From Fibrobacteria bacterium (GTDB taxonomy: Bacteria; Fibrobacterota; Fibrobacteria; UBA11236), in the NCBI GenBank assembly GCA_043732185.1, contig JAYTHY010000042.1:32624-96623 (forward strand): DNA of 64,000 nt, in the 5' to 3' direction. Every line of letters begins with the position of its first letter. The first letter of the stretch is position 1. Both the position numbers and the translations under genes were made by a program. The notes under the pieces were generated by a model. That model saw nothing but the letters and a program-made list of their open reading frames with translations. It was not told the DNA's origin and did no database searches. This document shows, piece after piece, positions 27,333-36,832 of this stretch.

Positions 27333-28958
27333 ATGAGCGCCATTCCCGAAACCCAGTTTGCCATCCAACTCGTAGGTCCCGGCGATCTCAAGTTGAATCC
27401 ATCCAAAGAAGTCTTCAAGCCAGGGCCCCATCAGATTCTGGTCAAAACCGAGGCCGTGGGCCTGTGTTTTTCCGATCTGAAATTGCTGAAACATTTTACC
27501 GAGCATCCTCGTAAGAATGAAATCCTCAAAGGCATGGATTTGGGCATTCTCAAGGAAATCGCCAGCTATGTCCCTGGAAACAAGCCCACCGTTCCCGGGC
27601 ATGAGGTTTCCTGCCGCATCGTGGCCATCGGCTCCGAAGTCAAGCAGCACAAAGTGGGCGAGCGCGTGCTGGTGCAAACCGATTACCGCGATTTGCCGAC
27701 TAATGGATCCACCGCGGCCTTCGGCTACAATTTCGAGGGTGGATTGCAAGAATACGTGCTCATGGACGAGCGGGTTGTAGTGGATAAAAAAGGCGAGCGT
27801 TTCTTAATCCCGGTCAGCGAACATTTGTCGGCCAGCGCCATCGCCATGATCGAGCCTTACGCTTGCGTAGAGGATTCATATGTGACCGATGAGCGCGTCA
27901 CCATCACGGCTGGCGGCAATATGCTGGTTGTCACTGAGGATGCGAATATCAAGCCTGAGAGTTTGAAGCTGCCGTGGAGCAAACAGGGCATGCCTGCGAA
28001 AATCGTGGTCCGCAAAAGCTCTGAGCTCCAGGACTTACCGCATGAAGGTTTCCAGGACATCATTGCCTTTGCACCAAACAAAGCCACGGTGGAAATCCTG
28101 AACGATAAGCTCTCCCCCAGTGGCACCATCAACTTAGTCATGTGCGGTAAGAAATTTGGCGCGCCGGTCAATATGGGTGTGGGGCGTCTGCATTATGGCG
28201 GCACCCGCTGGGTCGGCTCCACCGGAAGCGATGAAAGCGAAGGGTACCGCTGGGTACCCGCAACCGGTGAGTTACGGGATGACGATAAAGTCCTGGTCAT
28301 CGGGGCCGGGGGGCCCATGGGTCAGATGCATGTTATCCGCGCCGTGGCTTCCGGCAAGCGCAATATCAGCGTGGTGGCAACGGACATGGACGACTCCCGC
28401 CTGGAATCCTTGCGGGCCAAAGCCGAGCCATTGGCCAAGGTCGCCAAAGCTGGGCTTCGCATGGTGAATACGGTCAAGCATCCCTTATCCGAATCCTTCA
28501 GTTACGTGGCCTTGATGGCGCCGATTCCTGCCTTGGTGGCGCAAGCAGTCAAAGATTGTACCCCAGGTGGCATCATTAATATTTTTGCAGGTATCGCCGC
28601 TACCGTGAAACATGAGATCGATTTGGATCTGGTGGTTGAGAAAAAAATATTCCTGTTCGGCACCAGCGGGTCCAATATCCGTGACATGAAAATCGTGCTT
28701 GAAAAAGTCCAGTCTGGACAATTTGACACCAATTGTTCTTTGGATGCGGTGAGCGGCATGGCGGGAGCCAAAGACGGCCTCGACGCCGTTGAGAATCGGA
28801 CCTTGGCGGGTAAAATCGTCGTTTACCCCCAGCTTCACAATTTGCCATTGACGCCGCTTTCTGAACTCGGTAAGAAATTTCCAACAGTCGCGGCAAAGCT
28901 CAATAATGGGCAATGGACCAAGGCCGCTGAAGATGAACTTTTACGCGTAGCCAATTAG
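27333..28958 (+). CDS. Zn-dependent medium-chain dehydrogenase (L-sorbose-1-phosphate reductase-like)
   Basis: GLCFSDLK, PGHE, FGYNFEGGLQEY, EPYACV, and the Rossmann motif GAGGPMG. Confidence 0.75.
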   Translation: MSAIPETQFAIQLVGPGDLKLNPSKEVFKPGPHQILVKTEAVGLCFSDLKLLKHFTEHPRKNEILKGMDLGILKEIASYVPGNKPTVPGHEVSCRIVAIGSEVKQHKVGERVLVQTDYRDLPTNGSTAAFGYNFEGGLQEYVLMDERVVVDKKGERFLIPVSEHLSASAIAMIEPYACVEDSYVTDERVTITAGGNMLVVTEDANIKPESLKLPWSKQGMPAKIVVRKSSELQDLPHEGFQDIIAFAPNKATVEILNDKLSPSGTINLVMCGKKFGAPVNMGVGRLHYGGTRWVGSTGSDESEGYRWVPATGELRDDDKVLVIGAGGPMGQMHVIRAVASGKRNISVVATDMDDSRLESLRAKAEPLAKVAKAGLRMVNTVKHPLSESFSYVALMAPIPALVAQAVKDCTPGGIINIFAGIAATVKHEIDLDLVVEKKIFLFGTSGSNIRDMKIVLEKVQSGQFDTNCSLDAVSGMAGAKDGLDAVENRTLAGKIVVYPQLHNLPLTPLSELGKKFPTVAAKLNNGQWTKAAEDELLRVAN

Positions 28959-28991
28959 TTTTCAAAGCCACTTTCAGTTCAAGGAAGCAGT

Positions 28992-30476
28992 ATGGACACT
29001 CAGAAATTCCACCGATACCTGGCAGTAGATCTTGGGGCCGAAAGCGGCCGGGTCATGTTGGGAACGTTGAGTCCAGGACCGGATCAAAAAGTCGAGATTG
29101 AAGAAATTTACCGATTCGCCAATGCGGGCGTTTCGATTTGCGGAACGCTGCGTTGGGATCCGCTCCATCTTTTCCAGGAGATCAAGGCCGGGTTGCGAAA
29201 AGCGGCGGCCCTGGGCGAACCCATCGACGGTATCAGCACCGATGCCTGGGGCGTGGACTATGTGCTCTTTCGGGATAAGGAGCCGATGCTGACCTTGCCC
29301 TTCCATTACCGCGATTCGCGTACGGACGGGGCCATGGAAAAAGTGTTCGCAAAAATCTCCGCCGACGTAATTTTTTCCGAAACCGGAATTCAGTTCATGT
29401 CGCTCAACACGTTGTTCCAGTTTTATATGGACTCGCAAGATCGTCCGGAAACGCTGGAGTGGGCGGATAGTTTTCTCAATATGGGCGATTACTTCAATTA
29501 TCTGATGTCGGGCGTACCCAAGGGGGAGGTAACCTTGGCGTCAACGACTCAATTGTTCAATCCGGCCACAGGTGAATGGGCCTGGAATGTAATCGGTAAG
29601 CTGGGCTTGCCCAAAAAGATTTTCCCACCTCTGGTTCCTGCGGGCACCATTCTGGGACCCTTACTTCCCGATATCGCCGTCCGCACGGGGCTTAAGAATG
29701 CGCAAGTCATCGCCACCTGTTCGCATGATACCGCTGCGGCTGTCGCTGCAATTCCAGGCAAGGGCGAACAGTGGGCTTTTATCAGTTCCGGCACCTGGTC
29801 CCTATTGGGAACGGAAGTCAAGTCTCCGGTCATCAATGCCACCAGCCGCAAATACAACTTTACCAATGAAGTCGGCTACGGCGGCACCATTATGTTGCGC
29901 AAGAATATTGTGGGATTGTGGATTGTGCAAGAGTGTCGGCGAGCCTGGGCGGAACTCGGAAATGAATATGATTATGATACGTTGACGGCAATGGCCGAGG
30001 CCGCGACCCCGCTGGTCAGCTTGATCAGGCCTGATGATCCTCGTTTTGGAAAGCCCGGTCGCATGGTTGGCAAGATCGCCGAATACTGCCGTGAATCCTC
30101 GCAGCCAGTTCCGACGGATCCCGGATCCATCGTGCGCTGTGCCTTGGAAAGCTTGGCACTCATTTATGCCCAAACCTTGGCGGAATGCGAAAGCGTGTCG
30201 GGGCAAAAGTTTACGAGCATTCATTTGGTCGGCGGAGGCAGTCGCAATCGCTTGCTCAACCAAGTTGCCGCCAATGCCACGGGACTCCCGGTTTTGGCCG
30301 GTCCAGTAGAAGCTACCGCAATCGGTAATATTCTGGTGCAAGCAAAAACCCTGGGCCATCTCCCCGGCGACTTGCGCGCGGTGGTGCGTGCGTCCTTCCC
30401 AGTGCAGACCTTTACTCCAGAAGACGGCGGCATCTGGAAGACAGCTTTGAAACTTTTCGGAACCTTACCGGTATAA
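28992..30476 (+). CDS. rhamnulokinase/L-fuculokinase-like FGGY carbohydrate kinase
   Basis: LAVDLGAESGRV, DAWGVDY, YRDSRT, TGIQF, SHDTA, SSGTWSLLG, FTNEVG, VGGGS, GPVEATAIGN. Confidence 0.88.
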   Translation: MDTQKFHRYLAVDLGAESGRVMLGTLSPGPDQKVEIEEIYRFANAGVSICGTLRWDPLHLFQEIKAGLRKAAALGEPIDGISTDAWGVDYVLFRDKEPMLTLPFHYRDSRTDGAMEKVFAKISADVIFSETGIQFMSLNTLFQFYMDSQDRPETLEWADSFLNMGDYFNYLMSGVPKGEVTLASTTQLFNPATGEWAWNVIGKLGLPKKIFPPLVPAGTILGPLLPDIAVRTGLKNAQVIATCSHDTAAAVAAIPGKGEQWAFISSGTWSLLGTEVKSPVINATSRKYNFTNEVGYGGTIMLRKNIVGLWIVQECRRAWAELGNEYDYDTLTAMAEAATPLVSLIRPDDPRFGKPGRMVGKIAEYCRESSQPVPTDPGSIVRCALESLALIYAQTLAECESVSGQKFTSIHLVGGGSRNRLLNQVAANATGLPVLAGPVEATAIGNILVQAKTLGHLPGDLRAVVRASFPVQTFTPEDGGIWKTALKLFGTLPV

Positions 30477-30481
30477 TAAAC

Positions 30482-32056
30482 TTGCAGCGCGCCCCATTAG
30501 CCGTTCAGAAATCTCTTGCCTTTATTCGCGAGGAGATTCAATTGGGAAAATGTGCTTCCGGAGACCGGCTTCCCCCCATTCGAATCCTGGCGAAGCAAGC
30601 TCAGGTTTCGGCCGCGGCCATGTGTTCGGCACTTGGTGTGTTACGCACCGAAGGACTACTTTCCGTGGTCCGAAATCGGGGCACTTATTTCGGTAAGCCG
30701 CCCAGTCAAAACGGCGGAATGACACCTATCTTTTTCGAATCTCAGCGGTGGCAACGCCTCAAGACTCAGATAGAAAAGGATATTTTTAACGGTCAATTCA
30801 CATCCGGAGAAGCCTTGCCTTCTCTTCGGGATCTGCAGAAAACTTACGACGTCTCTTTCAAAACCCTGCGCAAAGCCATGGAAGCCATTTCCGCCGAAGG
30901 AGTTGTCGTCCCGCATAAAAAAACCTACATGGTCCCGCACCTTACCCGTGCGCATGGCACCTTGGTTTTTGTCGGCGCTCCGGAAGCCGCATCCAAAATC
31001 AGTTTTGGCGGTTATCCGGTTACGGAGTTTCTTTCCGCCCTGCGCCGTGAATGCGGAAAAAGCCTCATTAACGTGGTGCTTATTTCGTTCGATCCGGATC
31101 GGCGCAAAAGTGTTTTTGAAAATCAGCTTTCCGCCCTGCACGATAAACATTCCGTGATCGGTTACATTCTTTGGACCTCCATGTTACCGGAGTTGAAGCT
31201 GGACCAGGCTTTGCAGGCCATACAGGATAAAAGCCGTCCGGCACTCAAAAAGGACAACCTCGAAAAACCCATTGCTGTAATCGATACCACTTGGGATATG
31301 CAGGTAACCAATTCCCTGCGCCGGCAAGCGGATATGGCGGGAATGGCTTTTCGTATTTTCATGGTGGCAGGCCAATTGGCGGGTCGGCGCGTCGGTCAAT
31401 ACTTGCTCAAACATGGCCATAGGAAGATCGCTTTCCTCTCTTATTGCCACAAGGAATTATGGTCAGAGCATCGGTATCAAGGTCTGCTCAAGGCTTTTCA
31501 AAGCGCAGGCTTTGCCGAAGGCGTGGGCAAGTTTGTGATTGAAGAAGTGGATGATCGATTTCAGGAATTGCCTGGACCGCCGGATCTGGAAGCGTATCGA
31601 AAAATTGCGGACGAGTTTCTGGCGGCCTCCGAGGATGCGGGGGAGGAATATCACGCCGCTTACGCATTGGAACAAATGATGGGTTCGGTGCGCAGTTATA
31701 TTCATCATTTAAAAATGACGGCGAGAGTAGAGCCTATTCTTAACGCAGTGGGCCGCGAACCTGGGCTGACCGCCTGCGTGGGCGCCAATGATCGAATGGC
31801 ATTGCTTGTCCGCAACTATTTTATAAAAAAGGGCACTCGCATTCCCCGGGATCTGTCCATCATCGGATTCGATGACAGTAAGGCGGCCACGGACAACGAT
31901 CTTTCCAGCTACAGTTTCACCTTTTCGGAAATCGCACGCAAAGTACTTGGCTATGTGCTCAGTCCCAGGCAAAGATTGTTGCTGCCGGGCTTGAATTCCT
32001 TTGAATGCGAAGGCTTGCTCATCGAACGCGGTACCAGCGGTTCGGCCCCAGCATGA
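30482..32056 (+). CDS. transcriptional regulator with two GntR wHTH domains and a LacI-type periplasmic-binding-fold sensor
   Basis: GDRLPPIRILA..VS..L..EGL and GEALPSLRDL..YDVS..TLRKAM; C-terminal ANDRMA, IPRDLSIIGFDDS, LIERGT. Confidence 0.8.
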   Translation: MQRAPLAVQKSLAFIREEIQLGKCASGDRLPPIRILAKQAQVSAAAMCSALGVLRTEGLLSVVRNRGTYFGKPPSQNGGMTPIFFESQRWQRLKTQIEKDIFNGQFTSGEALPSLRDLQKTYDVSFKTLRKAMEAISAEGVVVPHKKTYMVPHLTRAHGTLVFVGAPEAASKISFGGYPVTEFLSALRRECGKSLINVVLISFDPDRRKSVFENQLSALHDKHSVIGYILWTSMLPELKLDQALQAIQDKSRPALKKDNLEKPIAVIDTTWDMQVTNSLRRQADMAGMAFRIFMVAGQLAGRRVGQYLLKHGHRKIAFLSYCHKELWSEHRYQGLLKAFQSAGFAEGVGKFVIEEVDDRFQELPGPPDLEAYRKIADEFLAASEDAGEEYHAAYALEQMMGSVRSYIHHLKMTARVEPILNAVGREPGLTACVGANDRMALLVRNYFIKKGTRIPRDLSIIGFDDSKAATDNDLSSYSFTFSEIARKVLGYVLSPRQRLLLPGLNSFECEGLLIERGTSGSAPA

Positions 32057-32430
32057 ACCTGCTATTAAGTATTTTCTTTTGCATGCTGCTTTCGGCTTGC
32101 GCACATCATGATAAAGAGATGGAGCCGCTGTCTGCGCCCGCCTGGCGTTTGATTCCTGAGGCCATTGTGCTCGGTCAAAGGCGACAATTTTTTCTCTATG
32201 GCCGTCATCTTGATAGCGCCGAAGTCACAGTGCCGCCAAGCCTGCAAGTAGAAAAGGGCTTGCTTAAACCGGATGGTCGTGTACTGTCTTTATATTTAAC
32301 CGTCTCACCGCTAAACCCGGATTCCTTGGCTCGGGGCCAAAAGCAGGGGCTGCGGGAAGTGCGCATAAAGACACCGGATACTACCGCTGTGTTTATTCTT
32401 AAAGTCGTGGACGAAGCGCAGCCTCGCTGA
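32053..32430 (+). CDS. putative lipoprotein
   Basis: MNLLLSIFFCMLLSAC lipobox; ATGA overlap with the upstream stop. Confidence 0.6.
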   Translation: MNLLLSIFFCMLLSACAHHDKEMEPLSAPAWRLIPEAIVLGQRRQFFLYGRHLDSAEVTVPPSLQVEKGLLKPDGRVLSLYLTVSPLNPDSLARGQKQGLREVRIKTPDTTAVFILKVVDEAQPR

Positions 32431-32808
32431 CTTAATCGTTTTACCAACACCATGGGCCATAGCCGATGTCTATTGTGCTCACCGGTCGACTTTTTTCTTC
32501 CGGCATATCGATAGATCACCTTTTCCAATCTCATCCACATGTCGCTTACCGGACAGTAAAGAATTAGAGTCGCCTCTTTTGGCCAGCTGGGCCAAGCGCT
32601 ATTCATGGATTGGGACGGCCGAAAAACTTTTAGCGTATCTGAATGCTCGTACGCCATTTTGGCAACAAAGCATTGTTTTTCCGAATTAGCCGCACTCACC
32701 GTCTCCTTACCAAGCACGTTTCTACAGCTCCATAAAAACCAATAGGTTATAATTATTTGCGTTCATCTCAAGGTCTTGATGTAGCACATCAGTTACCTTT
32801 GAAAAATG

Positions 32809-32842
32809 GTGCACATATGGATCCTAGTGCACATTTGGATCC
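32809..32842. repeat. 16-bp tandem direct repeat next to the IS1634 left end
   Basis: GTGCACATATGGATCC ta GTGCACATTTGGATCC, 15/16 identical. Confidence 0.75.
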
Positions 32843-32854
32843 CATTATTTTTTG

Positions 32855-34148
32855 ACCTGCATTGCCTACAATTTCTCCTTCCTCCCATGGATACGATTTT
32901 GTAATCCTGGGTTGGCAAAGATTTGAAGCCTTAAAATGCTGGAAGTAGCAAATGACGAGATCCAAACATTACCCATGAATCATCATGGCCTCGTGGCAGC
33001 AGTCTGCAAGGATTGGCGAATAGCCGAAAGGATTGATGCGTGCCTGGGCGTGCATGATAAACCTATCGTCAGCCCCGGTCAATCCGTTGTCGCCATGATA
33101 CTGAATGGCCTTGGCTTCACCAATCGCCGTCTATACCTGACCCCGCAGTTTTTTGAGAGTAAGCCAGTCGAACGACTTCTTGATGAGGCGATTCAAGTCA
33201 AAGATTTAAATGATCATTCCTTGAACCACCTGGACACCACGAGTATTAGTGTATCCGGAGAATACGCAACAAGCAGTACTTTCCCTGGTCGTCAACGGAC
33301 CCGCCAGTATGCCGATTTGGATGGAGCCTCTGGATGGTAATAGTTCTGACAAAAAGAGCCTTCATGAGACCATCAAAAAGGTTCGTGCGTTTCAGAGCTG
33401 TATTCGAAGGATAAACTTCTTGCGAATAATGAATACCTGTGGCTCACGCGGGTTCCGGAAATCATTCTTGAAGCCCGGGACTTGGTGAGCAAAGAGGATG
33501 GGGCTATTACATGGCAACACAGCGAGAACGGCTGCAAGCAGGATGCTGAGAGTGAAGTGAAAATATTAAGGAAGAAGTACCCCTTGTACCATATTCACGG
33601 GGAGGCTGTTCCGATTCTAAAATATGCAGGTAGAGGCAAGCCAAGCGCGGACACTGTGCCAGAGGTCAAGGGCTACAAGTTAGATTTGGTGCTGGAAATG
33701 AATACCAAGGCGGTGGAGACGATGCTGACACTGAACAGAAAGGGACGATTTATTTTAGCCACAAATGATCTTGATGCAACAGGCTATTCAGATGAACGTA
33801 TGCTGAGTGAGTATAAGAGTCAGAAAAATGTGGAAGGTGGGTTTCGGTTTTTGAAGGACCCGTGGTTCATGGTGGATTCTGTTTTTCTAAAATCTCCGAG
33901 TCGAATTGAATCCTTGATGATGGTGATGATGCTTTGCTTGAGAACCCAACCATTCGCTGGATATTCCAGATCATGGAAGGCAAAGGCATGGTTCGTTTTT
34001 ATGAGCCGGGAGGGAATCGTCCAATTCGAGAGTTGGTGACAAACATGACGGACTTACGCAGGAAAATCATTCACCTATTTGGCGCAACGGCATGCCAAAT
34101 GTATGGCCTTAATCCAAATATGAGCTCGGGGGGTGTGGGAATGTAGGT
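32855..34148 (+). mobile_element. degenerate IS1634-family element
   Basis: Imperfect terminal inverted repeats ACCTGCATTGCC (32855-32866) and the reverse complement of GGGAATGTAGGT (34137-34148), 10/12, enclose the transposase fragments. Confidence 0.65.
32936..34146 (+). pseudogene. IS1634-family transposase pseudogene (frameshifts, internal deletions)
   Basis: HHGLVAAVC..IAERID, AMILNGLGFTNRRLYL.PQFF, HLDTTS, LDGNSSDK, GRFILATN, YKSQ..VEGGFRFLKDP.F, and NPTIRWIFQ are spread over four ORF fragments. Confidence 0.88.
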
Positions 34149-34175
34149 TTAAATCTACAGGTGTAAATATGTAAC

Positions 34176-34199
34176 AGTATCGGCTTGCAAGCTGATACT
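34176..34199. terminator. palindromic hairpin downstream of the PEP-CTERM gene and the IS remnant
   Basis: AGTATCGGCTTG CAAGCTGATACT, an inverted repeat with one mismatch/wobble and no U-tract. Confidence 0.35.
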
Positions 34200-34264
34200 C
34201 CCAAGGCTAAGCAGCAACAAAGGCGAAAAACGCACACTCATACGTCCAACTGCCGTTTCTAGGT

Positions 34265-34876
34265 TTATACGTTCGAACGTTTACGGCGAGCCACCAAGCT
34301 CATCAAGCCAAGCCCTGCAAGCATCAGCACGTAACTTTCTGGTTCTGGGACTGCAGACACAGAAACTTCAAACGCACCGTGGTCGTTGACGTAGTATGCA
34401 TCGTTCACAGCAGCGAAGATATGCTGGGAGCTAAACAGTGTTAGTTGCTTCGAATAACCGATTAAGAACCAATCGTCCGCATTGGTTGGTGGAGCCGACA
34501 GCGTATCGATGAGTTCGCCGATTTTGGCATTCGTTCCTGCTGGACCAAAGCTGCTATCCGCACTAAATGAAACGCTCGGATTGAAATATCCGTAGCCTCC
34601 TGTCGTTACAACAGAAGTTGGAGTGCCATCAGGATTGATAGTGAACGATGAATCAGGCACCAGATCAACCGTGCCACTGCCGGTTATGAGGTAAGTGCCT
34701 GCGCTGAATTCGCCCAGATCAAATACAACTGGCGCATATGGATTTGAGCCATTGGTAGAAACGGTGGTTTCCATTGTAGACAGGCTAAAACAAGCACCGG
34801 GACAAAGCGGCATTGCCATTACATGTAGTGGAGCTGCAAGCGCAAACAGGCAAGCTAAGATAAGGTGTTTTTTCAT
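34265..34876 (-). CDS. PEP-CTERM sorting-domain protein, possibly with a LecA/PA-IL-like lectin fold
   Basis: Signal peptide MKKHLILACLFALAAPLHVMA; C-terminal VPEPESYVLMLAGLGLMSLVARRKR. Confidence 0.88.
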   Translation of the reverse strand: MKKHLILACLFALAAPLHVMAMPLCPGACFSLSTMETTVSTNGSNPYAPVVFDLGEFSAGTYLITGSGTVDLVPDSSFTINPDGTPTSVVTTGGYGYFNPSVSFSADSSFGPAGTNAKIGELIDTLSAPPTNADDWFLIGYSKQLTLFSSQHIFAAVNDAYYVNDHGAFEVSVSAVPEPESYVLMLAGLGLMSLVARRKRSNV

Positions 34877-35578
34877 GGGAGCGACTTTCTTAAAATAGGA
34901 TGGTAAAAGGTGTGAATATTTAAAACTAAATATCAGGGATGTTGTTTATGTGTAGGCGATACAATTAATCGACATGTGCTTCGGCGACCTATAATTGCTA
35001 GGATTATATACCAAATAGATATTTTCTAAAATACTAAAATACCTAATACGGAAAATGGTGTCAAGTATTGAACGTGAACCTGACGCAAAAGTTAAGACTC
35101 GGAGGTAGTGTTGAAAATATGCAGGCTATTTTTGGTTTTTGGTTTAGTAGGATCTTGGTTGAATATTTTTGGTCAGGAAATCTGGACCCAAAGGAATCCG
35201 TACCCAACTGACAAGCATTTATACGCCTAGGCATGGACGGGTAAATATTTCGTTGCTGTAGGAACTAACGGAATCATCCTCACTTCTCCTGAGGGAATTA
35301 CTTGGACTAAAAGTAAACCAGAAAACGATACCGGCCTCGTTTCAATAGCTTGGAACGGCACACAATTAGTAGCTGTGGGTCTAAATGGAGCTATTCTCAC
35401 TTCGATAGATGGCATCAAATGGGTATCGAGAGTTTCTGGCACAAACAAGGTTTTGATTTCAATTACTTGGGCCGGAACCCAATTTGTTGTTGTAGGTGAA
35501 TCAGGGACAATCCTCACTTCACCGGATGGTCACACATGGACCTTAAGAAACTCTGGGACAACCAAGGTTTTGTATTCA

Positions 35579-36832
35579 GGGAACCTCTAAGAATATCGTT
35601 TTCGGATCCAAATTTTATATAGTAACCCCGATGTGACCTTTAAAATCGATTTTTGGATCGGTTCACTCCTGATTAGTACTCCTCTTGAGGCTCTTTTTCG
35701 CCCGGGCGCTTGGCCCGGACGGATCCCCCCTCATGTCGCACCCTCCAAGTAGGCGAATCGACTCAGGTTGTACACCAGATTCCGCAATCCTATCTTCGCC
35801 TCCGCCCGCACCTGCCCGACACACCGTGTCAGTATCCCGCCAGTCTTGCGTTCCATCCAACCAAACACATGCTCCACTCTTGCACGGATACGGGACTTCC
35901 TACGGTTCCGGCGCTTCTGCCCATCCGTCAAGGGATTCCCACGATATCCCTTTTGATTGAATCGAAAACAGTACCCCAGTCTCCCCAGTTTTTCCTCTTT
36001 CTCCTCGCTCAAATAAGCCGAGTCCCCATAGACCACGCCTCTCGTATTCCAAGGGTCGAGCAGATTTTCCAATTCCACACTGTCATGGACATGCGCCGGG
36101 GTCACCGTGTATCTCCGAATCAACTTATGCTTCACGTCCACGCTGACATGATCCTTATAACCGTAAAAGGTCTCGCCCCGTTTCTTCGTCCAGCGTGCAT
36201 CCATGTCTTTCTGCCGCAATACATTGGGGTTTTCCGAAAATGAGGCGGGCGTTTCGCCGTTCTTGATCTGACCGTTTTCTTCCGGTGTATTGCGCGATCT
36301 GGGAACTTCCACCATGGTGGCATCGACTATCATGCCCTTTTGCGCACGGTATCCAGCTTCCTGCAAATGCGTCTCAAAGCGTTCAAACAGGGGTTTGATG
36401 AACCCGCCTTTTGCCAAAATTTCTCGATAGAGCCAGATGGTTTTTTCATCCGGAATTCGTGTTTCGGCGCCAAAACCTAAGAAACGCATGAAGGAGAGTC
36501 GGTCCTTGATTTGAAATTCCATCTGATGATCCGACAAGCCATACAGGCTTTGCAGCACAAGGATTTTGAACATCAATAGCCCATCAAAGGGTTTCCGACC
36601 TGCATTATTCTTCTTCTCTTTACGCAGGGCTCGGTTTAGGTCCTTACGGAAAACGTCCCATGGGACTCTGCTTTGAAGGATTTCCAGAGGGTCTTTGAGA
36701 TCAGAGAGGGCTTGGAGGCGGTTGTCGATGTCGAATAAACCAAGTTGGGACATAGGGTTCTCCTTGTTCCAGGTAAATATAGTAACCTACGTGTTACGTA
36801 TCAAGTAAACAGAGTGATTTTTAGAGGCTCCC
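35579..36832 (-). mobile_element. intact IS5-family insertion sequence (1254 bp) with 4-bp TTCA target-site duplication
   Basis: Terminal IRs GGGAACCTCTAAGAAT and (reverse complement) GGGAGCCTCTAAAAAT; TTCA at 35575-35578 and 36833-36836. Confidence 0.93.
35731..36753 (-). CDS. IS5-family DDE transposase
   Basis: GRKPFD..LMFKILVLQ..Y.LSD, DRLSFMRFL, IVDAT, DMDARWTKK, YGYKDH, YGDSAY, RARVEHVFG. Confidence 0.93.
   Translation of the reverse strand: MSQLGLFDIDNRLQALSDLKDPLEILQSRVPWDVFRKDLNRALRKEKKNNAGRKPFDGLLMFKILVLQSLYGLSDHQMEFQIKDRLSFMRFLGFGAETRIPDEKTIWLYREILAKGGFIKPLFERFETHLQEAGYRAQKGMIVDATMVEVPRSRNTPEENGQIKNGETPASFSENPNVLRQKDMDARWTKKRGETFYGYKDHVSVDVKHKLIRRYTVTPAHVHDSVELENLLDPWNTRGVVYGDSAYLSEEKEEKLGRLGYCFRFNQKGYRGNPLTDGQKRRNRRKSRIRARVEHVFGWMERKTGGILTRCVGQVRAEAKIGLRNLVYNLSRFAYLEGAT

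Noticed and set aside
32205..32717. 170-aa minus-strand ORF
   Set aside because: It overlaps the lipoprotein gene and shows no motifs. The region may be a decayed gene but I cannot assign it.
34246..34266. CCAACTGCCGTTTCTAGGTTT, which looked like a mobile-element end
   Set aside because: No partner inverted copy found in the window and no family I can name.
35228..35230. In-frame TAG as possible recoding (pyrrolysine or readthrough)
   Set aside because: Other genes here (trpF, the CRP-like gene) end in TAG normally, and this gene is also IS-disrupted; a simple nonsense mutation is more likely.
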